Shown here one piece after another: positions 8,098-16,741 of a DNA stretch of 19,723 bases. The notes beneath the pieces are model-generated. The model was not told where the DNA came from, did not search any database, and saw only the letters and a list, made by a program, of their open reading frames with translations. The number at the start of each line of letters is the position of its first letter. Within the stretch, counting starts at the first letter, position 1. The stretch is from Dehalococcoidia bacterium. GTDB taxonomy: Bacteria; Chloroflexota; Dehalococcoidia; Plut-88900. The stretch spans positions 1 to 19,723 of the forward strand of contig CBDFLQ010000001.1 in NCBI GenBank assembly GCA_965249275.1. Direction: 5' to 3'. Made by a program: the position numbers and the translations under genes.

Positions 8098-8958
8098 ATG
8101 CCTGAGCAGATCCAGCCTATCGTCGGCAAGAAGTCCATGACCGAACAGGACAAGGCGCGTATTGCCGCGATGAAGCGCAACTGGGAGCAGAGGCGCAAGG
8201 TCGGGGATAACTTAGGCAAGATTAAGACCAAAATAGCCGTCTACAGCGGCAAGGGCGGAGTGGGCAAGACCACTATCGCCGTCAACTTGGCCGTGCTCCT
8301 GGCGCAGCAGGGCCACTCAGTTGGCCTGCTGGATGCCGATATCGATTGCCCGAACGTCATCCGAATGCTCCACATGCACTCGGGCCCCTCCTCCGACGAC
8401 GACGGGAAGATCATCCCCCCCGAGAAGCACGGGGTGAAGGTGATGTCCATGGGGTTCTTCCAGAAGAATGAGCTGGAAGCGATCATCTGGCGCGGGCCCA
8501 TGATCCACAACGCCATCAACCAGTTCCTGGAACTGACGGCCTGGGGAGACCTCGACTACTTGGTCGTGGACCTTCCTCCCGGTACGTCCGATGCCCCTCT
8601 GACCATCATGCAGGTCCTCAAACTGGACGGCTTCGTAGTCGTGACCACCCCTCAGGACCTATCGTTTGTAGACGCCGTGCGCTCCATCAACATGATCCGC
8701 AAGATGAACGTGAACATTCTGGGCGTCGTCGAGAACATGTCTGGGGAAATCTTCGGGCAGGGGGCCGGTGAAGCGATCTCCGAGAAGCTCGGGATCAAGT
8801 TCCTCGGTCGGTTTGAGCTCCACAAAACCTTCAGCGACATGTCTGCGCCGGTGGTACTCAGAGACGAGTCTATCAAGAAGAAGTTCGCCGAAGTGCTGGA
8901 AGGCGCTATGTCGAACCTCAGCCCCTCGCCGAGCAGCGCTAGCGTCCCATCGAGCTAG
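8098..8958 (+). CDS. mrp: Mrp/ApbC/NBP35-family P-loop ATPase, atypical (no CxxC)
   Basis: Deviant Walker A SGKGGVGKT, IWRGPM, WGDLDYLVVDLPPGTSD, VTTPQ and ENMS motifs. Confidence 0.92.
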   Translation: MPEQIQPIVGKKSMTEQDKARIAAMKRNWEQRRKVGDNLGKIKTKIAVYSGKGGVGKTTIAVNLAVLLAQQGHSVGLLDADIDCPNVIRMLHMHSGPSSDDDGKIIPPEKHGVKVMSMGFFQKNELEAIIWRGPMIHNAINQFLELTAWGDLDYLVVDLPPGTSDAPLTIMQVLKLDGFVVVTTPQDLSFVDAVRSINMIRKMNVNILGVVENMSGEIFGQGAGEAISEKLGIKFLGRFELHKTFSDMSAPVVLRDESIKKKFAEVLEGAMSNLSPSPSSASVPSS

Positions 8959-9766
8959 TCCACCCGCCGTCGATGGCTATAGTCTGGCCCGTCATGTAGG
9001 CTGAGGCCTCGGAGGCCAGGTAGACGGCCAAGAGTCCTACCTCTCTCACCTCCCCACCCCTCCTCATTGGAATAGTGCGCAAGAGCCTTTTGCGCAGATC
9101 TTCGTTTTCGAACTCGGGAGCCATCATCTCGGTGTGGAAGGCACCCGGCGCGATGGTGTTTACGGTGACACCGCTCCTGGCCCATTCCAGAGCGAGGCTT
9201 TTGGTCAATCCCTCCATTGCCGCCTTGGAGGTGGAGTAGAGGCTGTGCATCTGGACTCCACGCAACCCTTCCACTGACGATATGTTGATGATGCGGCCCC
9301 ATTTCTGTTTCAGCATGTGGGGCGCTGCGGCCCTGGTACAGCGGAATGCGCTCATAAGGTTGGAGTCCAGGACGTAGCGCCACTCTTCGTCGCTTGTAGT
9401 CAGGAAGAATTCGGGGCTCAGGCCCTCGGCCTTGGGTGCGAAGCCGGGTATCGGGACGAGAGGTTTGACTATTGCCACGCCTGCGTTGTTGACCAGGATG
9501 TCGATCTTTCCGAAGGTCTCAACCGTGCGATCTATCAGCGAGACTATATCCTCGTCACAAGTCACATCGGTCACGACGGGCAGGACGCCGCGGCCCATCT
9601 CCCTGATCTCAGACGCCGTTTCCTGAAGTTTGGCCTCCGTGCGGCCCGCTATGGCCACGTTCGCACCTGCCTCCGCCAAGGCCAACGCTATTCCCTTGCC
9701 GAGGCCCCGGCCCCCGCCAGTAACGATGGCCGTCTTTCCGTTAAGGTCGAATTCAGGTAAGGACAT
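8939..9766 (-). CDS. Classical short-chain dehydrogenase/reductase, probably NADP(H)-dependent
   Basis: TGGGRGLG, AGR after beta2, NNAG, NISS, catalytic YSTSK, IAPG, MTGQTIAIDGG. Confidence 0.93.
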   Translation of the reverse strand: MSLPEFDLNGKTAIVTGGGRGLGKGIALALAEAGANVAIAGRTEAKLQETASEIREMGRGVLPVVTDVTCDEDIVSLIDRTVETFGKIDILVNNAGVAIVKPLVPIPGFAPKAEGLSPEFFLTTSDEEWRYVLDSNLMSAFRCTRAAAPHMLKQKWGRIINISSVEGLRGVQMHSLYSTSKAAMEGLTKSLALEWARSGVTVNTIAPGAFHTEMMAPEFENEDLRKRLLRTIPMRRGGEVREVGLLAVYLASEASAYMTGQTIAIDGGWTSSMGR

Positions 9767-9816
9767 GGCTGCGCCTTTCGATTCAGGGAGGGTTGATGGG
9801 AAGGTGTCGGGGCCGG

Positions 9817-11673
9817 TCAGTAAGAGACCCGGACGTTGCTCTCTTCGGAACCGGAGGACTTGCCGACCCCGGGCAGCCGGTTACCAAGTCTACGCACACG
9901 GCTGGACACGCGGCCCTGCAGATACTCGATTTCCTTCATCAAAGCTTCACGGTAGTGGGAACTGTACTCTCCCATGTTCCGGTACTTTTTGTAGCGCGCC
10001 TTGACCAGCTTGTTGGTTGGGACAGCCTGCACCCGCAATAGCTCACGGACGAGAATCCTCTGGAGCTGTTGGGCAGCCTCATTGGGGTACTGGTGGGCTC
10101 CGCCCTCGGGCTCGGGGACGACTACATCAATTATATTGAGCCGCTTGCAGTCCCGGGCCGTTAGCTGGAGGGCCAGGGCCACTGTCTCCGCCTTAGCTGT
10201 GTCACGATACAGGAGGGTAGCAGCGCCCTCGGGGGAGATGGGGGAGTAGATGGCGTTTTCGAGCATCAAGATTGTGTCCGCCACACCAAAAGCCAGGGCG
10301 CCTTCGCTCCCTCCCTCACCGATTATTACCGAGATTACAGGTGTGGAAAGGTCCGAAAGCAGCGCCATGGTGTTGGCTATGGTATTGCCGAGCCCCTGCT
10401 CCTCCGCTGCGAGACTGAGAAGGGGGCCCGGTGTATCGATGAAGGTTATGAGAGGCAGATGGAAGCGGGAGGCCATGCGCATCATGCGCTGTGCCTTGCG
10501 AAACCCCTCCGGGCCGGTGCGCCCGTTGTTCCGTTTGCGGGAGTCGGGCCCGTGGCCCTTCTCCTGCCCCAGAACCACCACTGCCTGGCCGCCCAGATAT
10601 CCGAGACCCGCCACCACGGCCTCATCATCGCCGTGGACGCGATCGCCCTTCAGCTCGACGAAGCTGGAAGCCATCCGGCCTATGTAGTCCAGGGCCGTGG
10701 GTCTCTGCTCGTGGCGGGCGAGCCGGACTTGCTCCCACGCCGAGGCGTTGTAGGTGGTGGAGTAGCCGATCTTGGGTTTCTTTCCTCGCACCTCCACCTT
10801 GTACCTGGAGTAGAGCATGTCCAGCAGCAGGGAGAGAATGTCCGGGAGCTGCTCGCGACCAACCACCTTATCGATCATCCCGTGTTCCAGATGGGACTCG
10901 GAGGTGTGGGCGCCGGATGGGAGGGGTGTGCCGCTGCTCTCCTTGACCGCCCTGAGGGGAGCAAAGCCGACCAGCGCATCCGGTTCGGCGAGGATGATGT
11001 CGGCCATGTTGGCAAAGCTGGAATAGACCTGGCCGGTGGTCGGGTTGGTCAGGACCGTTATGAAGGGCAGTCCCGGCTTCCGCAGCCGTTTCGCCGCTGC
11101 GACGGTCTTTGCCATCTGCATTAGCGAAAGGACACCTTCCTGGATTCTGGCCCCCCCACTGGTAACCACCGCCACTATCGGGAGCTTTTTCTTAACTGCG
11201 GTCTCGAAGGCCAGGGTGACCTTCTCTCCGACCACGCAACCCATGCTGCCGCCCAGGAACCCGAAGTCCAGAACGGCAATGACGGTGGGACATCCCTTGA
11301 TTTCGCAGGTCCCGGTGACCGCGGCCTCCGTGAGGCCTGTCATCTTTTGGGCCTCGTGCAATTTCTTGCGGTAGGAAACTCCACCGGAGAAGGACAGGGG
11401 GTCCATGGAGATCAGGGACCGATTCAGCTCCTTAAAGGTCCCTTCATCGGCGAGGAGTTTGATGCGTTCCCGAGCCGATATATTGAAGTGAAAACCGCAG
11501 AAGCTACAGGTCTTCAATTTCTCGAAAGACCTGGACCCCGTGAGGAAAGCGCCGCAGGATAGACAGACCCGCGTTTCGGGGTCATCGGCCGCGCCCTGCT
11601 CGCCACCTCCCTTAATGAAAGAGCTCAGGAGGTTGGCGAGCTTCCGTGTCTTTTGCCTAGTAGTCGTCATCAT
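9817..11673 (-). CDS. accDA: Fused acetyl/acyl-CoA carboxylase carboxyltransferase beta + alpha (AccD-AccA)
   Basis: N-terminal half: C4 zinc finger CLSC...CSFC, GGSMG, SGGARIQEG, HGMID. C-terminal half: WEQVRLARHEQRP, ELKGDR, PEGFRKA, FIDTPG, ISPEG, EPEGGAH. One uninterrupted frame. Confidence 0.93.
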   Translation of the reverse strand: MMTTTRQKTRKLANLLSSFIKGGGEQGAADDPETRVCLSCGAFLTGSRSFEKLKTCSFCGFHFNISARERIKLLADEGTFKELNRSLISMDPLSFSGGVSYRKKLHEAQKMTGLTEAAVTGTCEIKGCPTVIAVLDFGFLGGSMGCVVGEKVTLAFETAVKKKLPIVAVVTSGGARIQEGVLSLMQMAKTVAAAKRLRKPGLPFITVLTNPTTGQVYSSFANMADIILAEPDALVGFAPLRAVKESSGTPLPSGAHTSESHLEHGMIDKVVGREQLPDILSLLLDMLYSRYKVEVRGKKPKIGYSTTYNASAWEQVRLARHEQRPTALDYIGRMASSFVELKGDRVHGDDEAVVAGLGYLGGQAVVVLGQEKGHGPDSRKRNNGRTGPEGFRKAQRMMRMASRFHLPLITFIDTPGPLLSLAAEEQGLGNTIANTMALLSDLSTPVISVIIGEGGSEGALAFGVADTILMLENAIYSPISPEGAATLLYRDTAKAETVALALQLTARDCKRLNIIDVVVPEPEGGAHQYPNEAAQQLQRILVRELLRVQAVPTNKLVKARYKKYRNMGEYSSHYREALMKEIEYLQGRVSSRVRRLGNRLPGVGKSSGSEESNVRVSY

Positions 11674-14218
11674 CCTCGTCTAGTTTCAACACGGTGCGGG
11701 ACTTTCCGGGCTCCCCATCGGACACTATCCCATTCTCCTCCAATTGGTCAAGGAGGCTAGCGGCCTTCGGATAGCCGATTCCGAGCCGTCTCTGCAACAG
11801 AGACGCAGAGACACTCTTGTGCCGCATCGCCAAGCCACGAGCCTTGGTGAACATGGGGTCTTCATTTTCCTGTATCTCTTGCAGGGTCTCGGACATCCTG
11901 GGCAGCAAGGGCAGGGGAAGGGACGGCTCCACAAACTCATCCTGTTCTTCATTCGATCCTGAGGCCAAGAGCTCCTCTATCGTGGGTGGCTCTGCGACTC
12001 CGCCCACCTTTTCGGACCAGAAGTGGACTATTCTTTCCACCTCCATGTCCGAGAGGTAGACGCCTTGCAACCTCTTGGGTTTGGCCGCGTCGGAGGGCAG
12101 GTAGAGCATGTCTCCCCTGCCCAGTAACTTCTCCGCTCCCGGGGCGTCCAGGATGACGCGGGAGTCGGTCATGGAGGTCACGGCAAAGCTGATCCGGGTC
12201 GGGAAGTTGGCCTTGATCAGTCCGGTGATCACGTCCACCGAGGGCCGCTGCGTGGCAACGATCAGGTGGATCCCCGTAGCTCGGCCCATCTGGGCCAGCC
12301 GGGTCAGAGATTGCTCCACGTCGAACGGAGCCATCACCATGAGGTCGGCCAACTCATCGATCACAACGACTAGGTAGGACATGTGGTCTTCTTCGTCAAC
12401 CTTGGCATTGTAGCCGCTGATGTTACGAGCGCCTGCGCCGGCCATGACCTTGTATCGGCGGTCCATCTCCTCGGTGACCCACTTCAGTGCGCCAACTACC
12501 TTATCCATGTCCATGATTACGGGTGTCGCCAGGTGGGGAACGGTGCTGAAGGGCACCAGCTCGACCCGTTTGGGGTCTACCATGACGAACTGAACGTCCC
12601 GGGGAGTGTTGTTCATCAGCAGGGAGGAGATGAGTGACGTGATGCAAACGCTCTTGCCGCTGCCGGTAGAACCGGCTATGAGCAGGTGGGGCATTGCAGC
12701 GAGGTCACCCATGAGCATCTGGCCTGCGCTGCCCTTGCCGAGGGCAACGGCAAGCCTGGACTTCCCCAACATCTTTCGGAACTCGGGGCTGGCGAGGGCC
12801 TCTTTAAGGCCTACCACACCCATGGTGACATTGGGGACTTCGATGCCTACCATGGCCTTGCCCGGCACCGGGGCCTCGATCCTGATAGTTGGGGCCGCCA
12901 TGGCCAGGGCGAGGTCCTTGTCGAGGGCCGCTATCTGGTCTACCCGTACTCTCTTCTTGGAAACTTCTTCATGATAGACAACAGGCTTGCCCGTTTCGTC
13001 TACCTTTAGCTTTCCGTCCGGCTCCCGCTCCCTGATCTCTTTGAACTTCCTAAACCAGCCGGGTTCGACGCCGAACTGAGTGACAGTCGGGCCGGGGTTT
13101 ATCTGGGTGACTTTGGCATCGATGCCGTGACTGGCCAGGGCCTCTTCAATCTGTTGTGCACGTTCCTGGTGGTCGTCGGGATGCGTCTCAACCGGTTCCG
13201 TGGCATCCAAGATGTCCAGGGATGGAACTTCAGGGCCAATGTCCGAGGCATGGGCACCGGAGACGCCATTAGTAGGCTGGGGCTCAGCCAGCACAGGGTC
13301 GGTGAACATGGACTCCTGCTTAGGCAGGTATAACGGCGAGAGGGGTCCATCGTCATCCGATTCCTCGTCGTCGTACTCTTCCTCTTCGCCCTCGTACTCT
13401 TCAACCTCATCGATGTCGGCCACGGCGACGCCTGTCGGAGCGGGAACAGGTTCGGCCATGACAAGGGAGTCGGCAATGGCAGCCTCGTAGTTAAGCTCTT
13501 CGGGTGGAGGAGCCTCGGTGGGCTGCGCTTCCCGGGGACGGATCATGCCTAGCCTCGGCCACATCTCCGAGACGTTCACACGGTTTGGGTTAACCCTGTT
13601 CAAGGTACCCACCATGCGCCGTACCTGCCGGTCCTCATACCGGTCCCGTATTGTGCCGAATGCAGCGAATATCACCCTGAAAATCAGCGTGATTGACCAC
13701 AACACGGAGAATAGGGCTATGAGTGTGGATTGAATCGAAAACCTGGGAGCGACCAAGTAGCAGGCTAACAGCGCCATGCCGCTCAGGCGCGCTATTCCCC
13801 ACCTGTCCTGTTCCCCGATTATCAGAACCCCGGTTTCTCCACCCATGGTAACGTCCCTGAGAACGCCATATTCAAAGCTGAAGAACGCCATGCTCCCGAA
13901 GGTAATGGCGCCCGCGACCACCACGGCCAGCCACCAGTTGAACTTTGACACCAAACTTCTCGGTTGTCTGGCAGCAACTATGATGCCCAGCAGGGCGACC
14001 CCACCGACAGGCCCCATTGCGAGGCCGAAGGTCCTAATGAGAGTATCCCGGAAGATTACGGCTGGGGGAGTGAGAAGGATTAAAATTACTATTGCTATCA
14101 GCAGCCAGCGAACTTCCGAGTTCAACCTCCCTGTATCTGACATCCTCAGGTCCCATCCCGTGGGTCCCCTGGGGTGAAAGCCGCTTTGCGAGCCGCGAAG
14201 AGCCCTTGACCTAGCCAT
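11657..14218 (-). CDS. ftsK: DNA translocase FtsK/SpoIIIE
   Basis: N-terminal hydrophobic segments, acidic linker, RIEAPVPGK, PHLLIAGSTGSGKS, IDELADLM, ATQRPSVDVITG and gamma domain (SASLLQRRLGIGY). Start set to ATG 14218 behind SD AAAGGAGG. Confidence 0.97.
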   Translation of the reverse strand: MARSRALRGSQSGFHPRGPTGWDLRMSDTGRLNSEVRWLLIAIVILILLTPPAVIFRDTLIRTFGLAMGPVGGVALLGIIVAARQPRSLVSKFNWWLAVVVAGAITFGSMAFFSFEYGVLRDVTMGGETGVLIIGEQDRWGIARLSGMALLACYLVAPRFSIQSTLIALFSVLWSITLIFRVIFAAFGTIRDRYEDRQVRRMVGTLNRVNPNRVNVSEMWPRLGMIRPREAQPTEAPPPEELNYEAAIADSLVMAEPVPAPTGVAVADIDEVEEYEGEEEEYDDEESDDDGPLSPLYLPKQESMFTDPVLAEPQPTNGVSGAHASDIGPEVPSLDILDATEPVETHPDDHQERAQQIEEALASHGIDAKVTQINPGPTVTQFGVEPGWFRKFKEIREREPDGKLKVDETGKPVVYHEEVSKKRVRVDQIAALDKDLALAMAAPTIRIEAPVPGKAMVGIEVPNVTMGVVGLKEALASPEFRKMLGKSRLAVALGKGSAGQMLMGDLAAMPHLLIAGSTGSGKSVCITSLISSLLMNNTPRDVQFVMVDPKRVELVPFSTVPHLATPVIMDMDKVVGALKWVTEEMDRRYKVMAGAGARNISGYNAKVDEEDHMSYLVVVIDELADLMVMAPFDVEQSLTRLAQMGRATGIHLIVATQRPSVDVITGLIKANFPTRISFAVTSMTDSRVILDAPGAEKLLGRGDMLYLPSDAAKPKRLQGVYLSDMEVERIVHFWSEKVGGVAEPPTIEELLASGSNEEQDEFVEPSLPLPLLPRMSETLQEIQENEDPMFTKARGLAMRHKSVSASLLQRRLGIGYPKAASLLDQLEENGIVSDGEPGKSRTVLKLDEDDDDY

Positions 14219-14264
14219 TGCCGATCCTCCTTTCTTTGATTTGTGATTTCCATTGCCAAATGCC

Positions 14265-15920
14265 TCACCCTTCCACAACTATTGGAAGGATAATTGGGCG
14301 TCGTTTTGTCTCTTGGTGATAATATTTCTTCAGTGCGGACTTAATACTTGATTTCAAATTGGCCCCGGTCAGGGTGCCGTTCAGTTGCTCGACAGTCTCG
14401 GCTACCACCCTATGGGTACCCTCGATAAGAGCGGGGGTCTCGGCGTCTTCTGCGAAACCTTGAGTTACAACTTCCGGGTTAGAGTTCACTTTGCCCGTAG
14501 CCTTGTCAAGACTTAACGTAATTATAACAAACCCATATCGGGCCAATTTCCTCCGGTCTTTGAGGACCTTGCTTTCGGTCTCCCACCGGCCGCTTCCGTC
14601 GAGGTACACGGGCCCCGCCTGGACCCTATCGGTGATACGAGCCTCATGTTCCGAAACTTCCAAAACGTCGCCGTTGTCCAGCACAAACGTGTTGTCATGA
14701 TCGACGCCCATGGACTGGGCCAGCCTGGTGTGAATGACCTGGTGTCGGTGCTCACCGTGGATTGGCACGAAAAATCTGGGCCTGGTCAATCCCAGCATCA
14801 GCTTTAGCTCTTCCTGGCTGGCGTGCCCGTGCACATGAACTTGCCTGATCCGTCCATACAATACGTTGGCGCCCAGCCGGAACAGATTGTCTATGGTCTT
14901 GCCGATGTGGCCCTGGTTACCGGGTATAGGAGAAGCCGACATCACAACGGTGTCTTTGGGTTCTATCTCTATGTGCTTGTGCTCCCGGTTGGCGATCCTG
15001 CTCAGGGCCGAGGACGGCTCTCCCTGAGTCCCGGTGAGCACTATTGTCACCTGACTCGGGGGAAGTTTCCGGGCGTCTTCCAGTCTGATGAGCGTACCCT
15101 CGGGCACATCCAGGTAGCCCAGCTTTTCGGATAGATTGACGGTTTCGACCATGCTCCGGCCTTCAACGCACACTTTCCGCCCGTTTGCCACGGCCGCATC
15201 TATCACCTGCTGGACCCTGGACACCAATGACGCAAAGGTAGCCACGATTACCCGGCCCTCGGCTTCGCCCATTATCTGCCGCAGCGTCTCACCCACCGTC
15301 TGCTCCGACGGCGTGTAACCAGGCAGCTCAGCGTAGGTAGAGTCCGAAAGAAGCAACTGCACTCCCTCGTCGCCTAGCTGGGCCAGGCGGGACAGGTCTG
15401 CGGGTCTGCCATCTACCGGGGTATGGTCGAACTTGAAGTCGCCCGTGTGTATAACGGCGCCTCCCGGATACCGGACTATCAGCCCAGTGGAGTCCGGTAT
15501 GCTGTGGCAGACCCTGAAGCTCTCCACGGTGAAAACACCCACATCGAAGGGGACGCCGGGCGTAGCGATCTCCAGATGGGCATTCTTGAGCTTGCCATAG
15601 CCCTTAAGCTTCGCCGCGATTAGTCCTTCGGCCAGGCGCGGGGCATAGACCGGGACATCCAATTGGTCCAAGACAAACGGGAGCGCGCCGGTATGGTCTT
15701 CATGCCCGTGGGTTATAACGATACCCCGGACCTTGGAGGCGTTCTCGATGAGGTATGAGATGTCGGGGATGACCAGATTTATACCTGGAAGGTCTTCCCC
15801 GGGGAACGAAATACCGGCATCTATAACGACAATATCGCCATCATATTCCAACGCCAGCATGTTTTTCCCTATTTCACCCAGACCGCCTAACGGAATTACT
15901 TTGAGAGGAAGGTTGGACAT
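14265..15920 (-). CDS. rnj: Ribonuclease J
   Basis: PLGGLGEIGKNM, THGHEDH, HSIPD, HTGDFK, GTQGEP, HVHGHA, PIHGEHRH motifs of the MBL/beta-CASP RNase J family. Confidence 0.97.
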   Translation of the reverse strand: MSNLPLKVIPLGGLGEIGKNMLALEYDGDIVVIDAGISFPGEDLPGINLVIPDISYLIENASKVRGIVITHGHEDHTGALPFVLDQLDVPVYAPRLAEGLIAAKLKGYGKLKNAHLEIATPGVPFDVGVFTVESFRVCHSIPDSTGLIVRYPGGAVIHTGDFKFDHTPVDGRPADLSRLAQLGDEGVQLLLSDSTYAELPGYTPSEQTVGETLRQIMGEAEGRVIVATFASLVSRVQQVIDAAVANGRKVCVEGRSMVETVNLSEKLGYLDVPEGTLIRLEDARKLPPSQVTIVLTGTQGEPSSALSRIANREHKHIEIEPKDTVVMSASPIPGNQGHIGKTIDNLFRLGANVLYGRIRQVHVHGHASQEELKLMLGLTRPRFFVPIHGEHRHQVIHTRLAQSMGVDHDNTFVLDNGDVLEVSEHEARITDRVQAGPVYLDGSGRWETESKVLKDRRKLARYGFVIITLSLDKATGKVNSNPEVVTQGFAEDAETPALIEGTHRVVAETVEQLNGTLTGANLKSSIKSALKKYYHQETKRRPIILPIVVEG

Positions 15921-15930
15921 GTGAAAAAAA

Positions 15931-16545
15931 TTAGAACATGGATAATTGCTCGGGACCGGCCTCTTCTTGGGCCACCTCGGGCACCTGGGCCTCCTGCACC
16001 AATACCCCGGGGATTTTCTTCATATCTTCGATCAGCGTATCTCTAAGTCTCTGTTGGTGCAGCGCTGCGGCAGGATGATACATGGCAAAGACCGTGCGGC
16101 CATCGACTTTCCTAGCCGTACCGTGCACCTTGCCGATGGTCTCTTTAGGGAAGAACCTGGACATCGAGTGGCGGCCCAACGTCACTATAAGGGCCGGGTC
16201 GAGAAGGTCCATCTGCTGTTCGAGCCATGCTCTGCATGACTCCACCTCTTCGGGAAGCGGGTCTCGATTCCCGGGTGGGCGGCACTTGATGATATTGGTT
16301 ATGTAAACGTCTTCTCTGCGCATATCTATTGCGGACAACAACTCTTCCAAGAACTTTCCCGCAGGCCCTACGAAAGGCCGGCCCTGCTTGTCTTCGTTAA
16401 ATCCGGGGCCCTCACCGATGAACATGATCCTGGGGTGCTCCGGGCCTTCTCCCGGTACGACAGTCGTGCGTCCCTCGCAGAGGCCACAGGCTGTGCACTC
16501 CTTAATCCGGTCATGCAATCGGTCAAGTTCCAAAGATAGAGTCAC
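15931..16545 (-). CDS. udg: Family 4 uracil-DNA glycosylase (Fe-S type)
   Basis: CTACGLC, GEGPGFNED, GRPFVGPAG, KCRPPGNRDP, YHPAAALH. GTG start is less certain than the stop. Confidence 0.95.
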   Translation of the reverse strand: MTLSLELDRLHDRIKECTACGLCEGRTTVVPGEGPEHPRIMFIGEGPGFNEDKQGRPFVGPAGKFLEELLSAIDMRREDVYITNIIKCRPPGNRDPLPEEVESCRAWLEQQMDLLDPALIVTLGRHSMSRFFPKETIGKVHGTARKVDGRTVFAMYHPAAALHQQRLRDTLIEDMKKIPGVLVQEAQVPEVAQEEAGPEQLSMF

Positions 16546-16694
16546 CTTTCAAAAGACGCAAATATGCGACAGGGAACGGGCTCTTCCGGAGCTAGAGGTC
16601 ATGTTCAGGCTAGGACTTTGGAACGGGGCCGGGGCTCAGGATGTTGGCTTTCATCAAACCAAGGGTAATGGAAATAATCGAATATTACGTTTGG

Positions 16695-16724
16695 AGTATA
16701 GCACTGCCCTGAAACGGGCCGCAA
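16695..16724 (-). promoter_or_regulatory. Putative promoter of the udg-rnj-ftsK-accDA-SDR cluster
   Basis: Minus strand TTGCGG (16724-16719), 18-nt spacer, TATACT (16700-16695) with extended -10 TGc, followed by an AT-rich stretch. Confidence 0.55.
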
Positions 16725-16741
16725 CACCAACCGGAAAGGGA

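Noticed and set aside
10459-11124. 221-aa plus-strand ORF and the other short nested ORFs in the track
   Set aside because: Shadow frames of well-supported genes (here accDA).
13345-13415. Low-complexity tc-rich stretch as a DNA repeat
   Set aside because: It encodes the acidic FtsK linker (EVEEYEGEEEEYDDEESDDD).
14219-14278. Longer ftsK start overlapping rnj
   Set aside because: A strong SD precedes ATG 14218, and the extension is not needed.
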